Positions 6,595 to 9,855 of a DNA stretch of 9,855 nucleotides are shown here, piece by piece; positions within the stretch are counted from its first letter, which is position 1; each line of letters starts with the position of its first letter. The notes beneath the pieces are model-generated. The model saw only the letters and a program-made list of their open reading frames with translations. It searched no databases and was not told the origin of the DNA. Source of the stretch: Verrucomicrobiota bacterium (lineage in GTDB: Bacteria > Verrucomicrobiota > Verrucomicrobiia > Chthoniobacterales > UBA6821); NCBI GenBank assembly GCA_008932965.1, contig WBXG01000061.1, positions 1 to 9,855 of the forward strand. The letters are read 5' to 3'. The translations under genes and the position numbers were made by a program.

Positions 6595-6834
6595 ATGGTT
6601 TTCCTTCTTCAGCTTCCTGCACTCCTTTATCGATGGATTCTCTCGCCACTCTTTCATACCCTGGGTGGCCCAGGTTGTGGCTGCCGCCATGCACCTAGTT
6701 GTTCTCGCTATTGGATTGAAGCACTGAAACAACATGGACCCAAGCGTGGTTTGATTCTAGGGCTCCAGCGTCTTCTGAGCTGCCATCCCTGGGGCAGTGG
6801 CGGTTATGATCCAGTACCGGAAAAAGATTCTTAA
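6595..6834 (+). CDS. yidD: Membrane protein insertion efficiency factor YidD
   Basis: 79 aa from ATG 6595. YRWILSPLF...CRHAPSCSRYWIEALKQHGPKRGLILGLQRLLSCHPWGSGGYDPVP matches the YidD signature (CRFxPTCSxY ... RCHP...GGxDPVP). The track's ATG 6538 would overlap rnpA by 37 nt and add non-homologous residues. GTG 6586 is an alternative start. Confidence 0.9.
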   Translation: MVFLLQLPALLYRWILSPLFHTLGGPGCGCRHAPSCSRYWIEALKQHGPKRGLILGLQRLLSCHPWGSGGYDPVPEKDS

Positions 6835-6943
6835 CCCGGATGTTTCATAGATCCGATTTTCTGTTTTCATGCACGTTTTAGGATAATTTTCTTCGTGATT
6901 GTAACCTCATCGGATAGACTAAACCGCTCTCTTTATTTTTACT

Positions 6944-8704
6944 ATGTTTGACCGTACTACTTGGATCGCTATTGCACTCTCCATTGCAGGCCTTATTGGC
7001 TGGCAGTGGTATTACACTAATCACTTTCTGCCTGCACAGGAGGCATCAAAAAAGGAGCTAGTTTCTCCAGCCCCTTCCTCCATCGTTACTCCAAATGAAG
7101 CACTATCAGCTGCCTCTACTCCAGTATCGGAGAACATTCCTGAGTTGAAAGCACGTCAAGAGACCTTTGATACTTCCAAGGCCGAATATCTCTTCTCTGA
7201 TAATAGTGGAGGTATTCAAACCATTACTCTCTTTCTTCATTTGGGAGAAAAAGCTCATAGTCTTCAGCTCAATAACCTTTCCCCAATGCCCATAGGAGCA
7301 TTAGGAGAAAAATCAGGAGATCTTATTAAGACAGTGAACGGCTTTGTAATGACCACAGATAAAGCAGCGGGAAAGGTCTCCTTTAAGCGATCTGAATCCA
7401 ATGGTCTGATCATCACAAAAAATTTCTCACTCCCACAAACGGCGGGTTCACCAGCAGAGTACACCGTTGGATTTGATCTGACCTTTGAGAATGAAGGATC
7501 AACACCCCTTGAAGTTCCCTCCTATTATTTATCCTGTGGAGGAGCCTCTCCTGTACATACTACCGATGCTCCTAACTACACGCGCTTTGATTGGTTGAGC
7601 AAAGGAAAGATGACGACCATTGATGTGAATTGGTTTTCATCAGGAATGATTCCTATTGTTGGCATTGAAACCCATCCTGCCCGACCCCTCTATCAAATAA
7701 AAAATCCTGATATTAGCTGGACCGCTGTCACCAGCCAATATTTCTGTACTATTCTAACGGCACAAAACAAGGAAGTGCACTCCTCTGTCTGGTCTGCACG
7801 TTTTGAAGATCCTCTCATTCCGAAAACAGCTAATGGGAAAATCATTTATGGAATCGAAGGTGGTTTTATTTTAGAGCCGCTTCATCTTGCTCCAGGCTCA
7901 TCTATAACAGAGCACTATACCATTTTTTCAGGACCCAAGGATTTTGGAGCATTAGAAAAATTGGGCGATAATCAGCAAAGTGTTATGAACTTTGGAACAT
8001 TTCACCTTGTTTCCGAATTTTTGCTTTGGGCGATGAATCATTTAAAACAAATCCTCGGCAACTACGCTGCTGCAATTATTGTCTTAACGCTGCTCATTAA
8101 GCTCCTTCTCTGGCCAATTCAAAATAAGGCCACCAGCTCCATGAAGCAGATGCAGCTTCTTTCTCCGCGCATGACAGAGCTGCGTGCCAAATATAAAGAT
8201 AATCCCACCAAGATGAACGAAGAGCTCATGAAGCTCTATAAGCAATATGGAGTCAATCCTTTTGGAGGGTGCCTACCGATGCTTGTTCAAATTCCTGTTT
8301 TCTTTGGTTTTTATTCCATGTTGGGAACAGCTATTGAGCTTCGTAATAGCCATTTTCTTTGGATTCATGATCTTTCACAGCCCGATACCATTGCTCATTT
8401 TCTCCATTATCCCATCAATCTTTTACCGATTATTATGGCAGGCACAATGCTCTGGCAAATGTCTCTTTCACCCAAAGGAGGGGATCCAGCACAACAGAGG
8501 GTGATGTATTTCATGCCGCTGATTTTCTTGTTTTTCTGTTACAACTTTGCTTCGGCATTAGCACTCTATTGGACGACACAAAATCTTTTTTCCATTGGAC
8601 AGCTCTATCTCACGCGCAATGCCCCCTTGCCTCAACTAATAGAGCCAGCACCCAAGCGAAAAAGAGGATTCACGAAGGGAAAACCTAAAAAAAACAAAAG
8701 ATAA
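6944..8704 (+). CDS. yidC: Membrane protein insertase YidC (Gram-negative type with a large periplasmic P1 domain)
   Basis: 586 aa. It has an N-terminal TM, a soluble domain of about 330 aa, then the conserved 5-TM core (AIIVLTLLIKLLLWPI, GCLPMLVQIPVFFGFY, FLWIHDLSQPD, ALALYWTTQNLFSIGQ) and a basic C-terminal tail (KRKRGFTKGKPKKNKR). It sits in the canonical position after yidD. Confidence 0.95.
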   Translation: MFDRTTWIAIALSIAGLIGWQWYYTNHFLPAQEASKKELVSPAPSSIVTPNEALSAASTPVSENIPELKARQETFDTSKAEYLFSDNSGGIQTITLFLHLGEKAHSLQLNNLSPMPIGALGEKSGDLIKTVNGFVMTTDKAAGKVSFKRSESNGLIITKNFSLPQTAGSPAEYTVGFDLTFENEGSTPLEVPSYYLSCGGASPVHTTDAPNYTRFDWLSKGKMTTIDVNWFSSGMIPIVGIETHPARPLYQIKNPDISWTAVTSQYFCTILTAQNKEVHSSVWSARFEDPLIPKTANGKIIYGIEGGFILEPLHLAPGSSITEHYTIFSGPKDFGALEKLGDNQQSVMNFGTFHLVSEFLLWAMNHLKQILGNYAAAIIVLTLLIKLLLWPIQNKATSSMKQMQLLSPRMTELRAKYKDNPTKMNEELMKLYKQYGVNPFGGCLPMLVQIPVFFGFYSMLGTAIELRNSHFLWIHDLSQPDTIAHFLHYPINLLPIIMAGTMLWQMSLSPKGGDPAQQRVMYFMPLIFLFFCYNFASALALYWTTQNLFSIGQLYLTRNAPLPQLIEPAPKRKRGFTKGKPKKNKR

Positions 8705-8736
8705 GTATTCGGGTTAGCCCAGATATTTCATGCTGG

Positions 8737-8757
8737 TTCGTCGCAAGGCGCCGCGAA
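8737..8757. terminator. Imperfect GC-rich hairpin between the convergent yidC and J-protein genes (possible bidirectional terminator, no U-tract)
   Basis: TTCGTCGC-AAGGC-GCCGCGAA forms 8 stem positions with one C-C mismatch and one G-U pair, and a 5-nt loop. It lies inside a locally GC-rich patch. No T-run or A-run flanks it. Confidence 0.2.
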
Positions 8758-8770
8758 GGCTGATGGGTGC

Positions 8771-9712
8771 TCACGCGTGAGTGAAGTCTCGTAATTTCTC
8801 CCACAATCCTTTTTCTTCCTCCGAAATGGTGGAAGGGATTTTGATGCTGATCACAGCAAAAAAGTCACCACGTCCTCCTGACTTTTCAGGAAGACCTCTC
8901 TTAGGAATACGAAATTTTTTTCCGTTTTCTGTACCTGGAGGAATTTTTAATTTTGCACGACCATCAGGAGTAGGAATCATAAGCTCTCCACCAAGGACAG
9001 CTTGCCAGGCAGGAATTTCTAAGTCGTGGTAAATACTACTTCCCTCAAAAGAAAAATCAGGATGCTGCTGTAACTTGACTCGAAGATACAGATCTCCAGC
9101 CGTGCCACGAGCTCCCCCTGATCCACCTTGGCCAGCAAGTCGAATACGTTGGCCCTCATGAACACCTTGGGGAATTTTAATGGTGTAGGTCTGTATTTTT
9201 TGTGAGGGCCCTTTTTTAAAGGAAATCTGGCGTGTAGCCCCATGGAGCACCTCCTCTAGTGGAACAAGAATATCTGCTTCGACATCATTTCCACGTTGGG
9301 GAGCTTCTTCAAATCCACCATAATTCATCCCACCACGACGAGTGCCGAAAAATTGCTCAAAAAAGTCGCTATATCCTGTTCCTCCAAAATGAAATTCCTC
9401 TCCCGTTCCATCAAAACCACCCATCCCATGAAACTCACCTGGTCTACCTCCAGCAGCTCCGGAAGGCCTTCTAGAGGTTGCTTGAGACCAATTAGCTCCA
9501 TAGGAATCATATTTCTTTCTATTTTCTGAATTACTTAGAACCTCGTAAGCTTCATTGATCTCCTTAAATTTTTCTTCAGCTGCTTTTTTATCTTTGGCTA
9601 AATCTGGATGATGCTTTCGTGCAAGCTTGCGAAAAGCACTTTTAATTTCATCGGCGGTTGCCGATTTAGAAACACCTAAAATTTCATAGTAATCGCGGAA
9701 GGAAGCAGGCAT
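8771..9712 (-). CDS. cbpA: DnaJ-family co-chaperone, class B / CbpA-like (J-domain, G/F region and C-terminal substrate-binding domains; no zinc finger)
   Basis: 313 aa. The J-domain DYYEILGVSKSATADEIKSAFRKLARKHHPD carries HPD at nt 9602-9610. A Gly/Phe-rich linker follows. The protein contains no Cys, so there is no CxxCxGxG. The C-terminal region is collinear with E. coli CbpA (GQRIRLAGQG...GDLYLRVKLQQHPDF...IPAWQAVLGGE...GDFFAVISIKIP). Confidence 0.88.
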   Translation of the reverse strand: MPASFRDYYEILGVSKSATADEIKSAFRKLARKHHPDLAKDKKAAEEKFKEINEAYEVLSNSENRKKYDSYGANWSQATSRRPSGAAGGRPGEFHGMGGFDGTGEEFHFGGTGYSDFFEQFFGTRRGGMNYGGFEEAPQRGNDVEADILVPLEEVLHGATRQISFKKGPSQKIQTYTIKIPQGVHEGQRIRLAGQGGSGGARGTAGDLYLRVKLQQHPDFSFEGSSIYHDLEIPAWQAVLGGELMIPTPDGRAKLKIPPGTENGKKFRIPKRGLPEKSGGRGDFFAVISIKIPSTISEEEKGLWEKLRDFTHA

Positions 9713-9855
9713 AGAGAAAATAGGAGATCAGTAAAGAGTGAAGAGTGAAGGGTAACGCCTATTTTTAAGACTGGAATAAAAAAATATCTTTCTTCATTGA
9801 CGTTAGCTCGTAAATCAATGCCATTCGAGGTGTTTTAGAAAACGCCTTTACCCAC

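Noticed and set aside
316-9529. Other ORF-track entries: 316-519, 1210-1419, 1711-1896(-), 2525-2710, 2952-3155(-), 3022-3216, 6432-6698, 7264-7464(-), 8247-8504, 8781-9032, 9019-9243(-), 9259-9474, 9296-9529, 9325-9510(-)
   Set aside because: All are 61-88 aa and lie inside or across genes with strong homology-type evidence in another frame or strand. They have low-complexity or odd composition and carry no recognisable motif.
8779-9750. The 8-mer GAGTGAAG occurs at 8779-8786 and as a tandem AGTGAAG heptamer pair at 9737-9750, flanking the J-protein gene like terminal repeats
   Set aside because: The left copy lies inside the coding region at the C-terminal codons. The match is only 8 nt, there are no further repeat extensions or target-site duplications, and the gene itself is an ordinary chaperone. 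This is consistent with chance.
9765-9854. Open frame on the - strand running in from the right edge (…WVKAFSKTPRMALIYELTSMKKDIFLFQS*)
   Set aside because: It spans only 29 codons with no recognisable motif. It could be the 3' end of a neighbouring gene, but an open frame of this length is not improbable by chance.
1-9855. A novel multi-gene system (defence island, toxin-antitoxin, secretion or mobile cassette)
   Set aside because: Every sizeable ORF except two (the HExxH membrane protein and the Lys-rich protein) has a clear housekeeping identity. Those two are isolated single genes with no partner ORFs. There are no integrase, transposase or recombinase genes, no CRISPR-like repeats, and no compositional break apart from one short GC-rich spacer.

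Overview
This window looks like an ordinary chromosomal housekeeping region from a moderately AT-rich, diderm-type bacterium. The phylum cannot be fixed from the sequence. The L34 N-terminus and a Lys-rich histone-H1-like protein hint at the PVC group, but only weakly. I can support 11 complete genes plus one edge fragment. On the + strand: kdsD/kpsF (arabinose-5-phosphate isomerase), efp, a 5-TM membrane protein with an HExxH motif, a Lys-rich histone-like protein, an SDR-type NAD-dependent sugar-nucleotide epimerase, and the classic cluster rpmH-rnpA-yidD-yidC. On the - strand: tRNA-Gly(UCC), alanine racemase and a zinc-finger-less CbpA-like J-protein. I found no transposase, integrase, CRISPR array, toxin-antitoxin, restriction or other defence-like gene, and no multi-gene cassette of unknown function. 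I therefore do not claim a novel system here. What deserves a second look is a set of single-locus oddities. (1) EF-P has Asn where the modified Lys/Arg normally sits. (2) The 172-nt efp-downstream spacer is built from an inverted repeat enclosing a direct repeat. (3) The HECTH membrane putative metallopeptidase. (4) The Lys-rich nucleoid-type protein. (5) No gene has a Shine-Dalgarno sequence; the leaders are T-rich instead. (6) L34 has a C-terminal extension and there is an unusually long rpmH-rnpA spacer. (7) RnpA carries an insertion of about 24 aa. All remaining ORF-track entries are shadow ORFs overlapping these genes.
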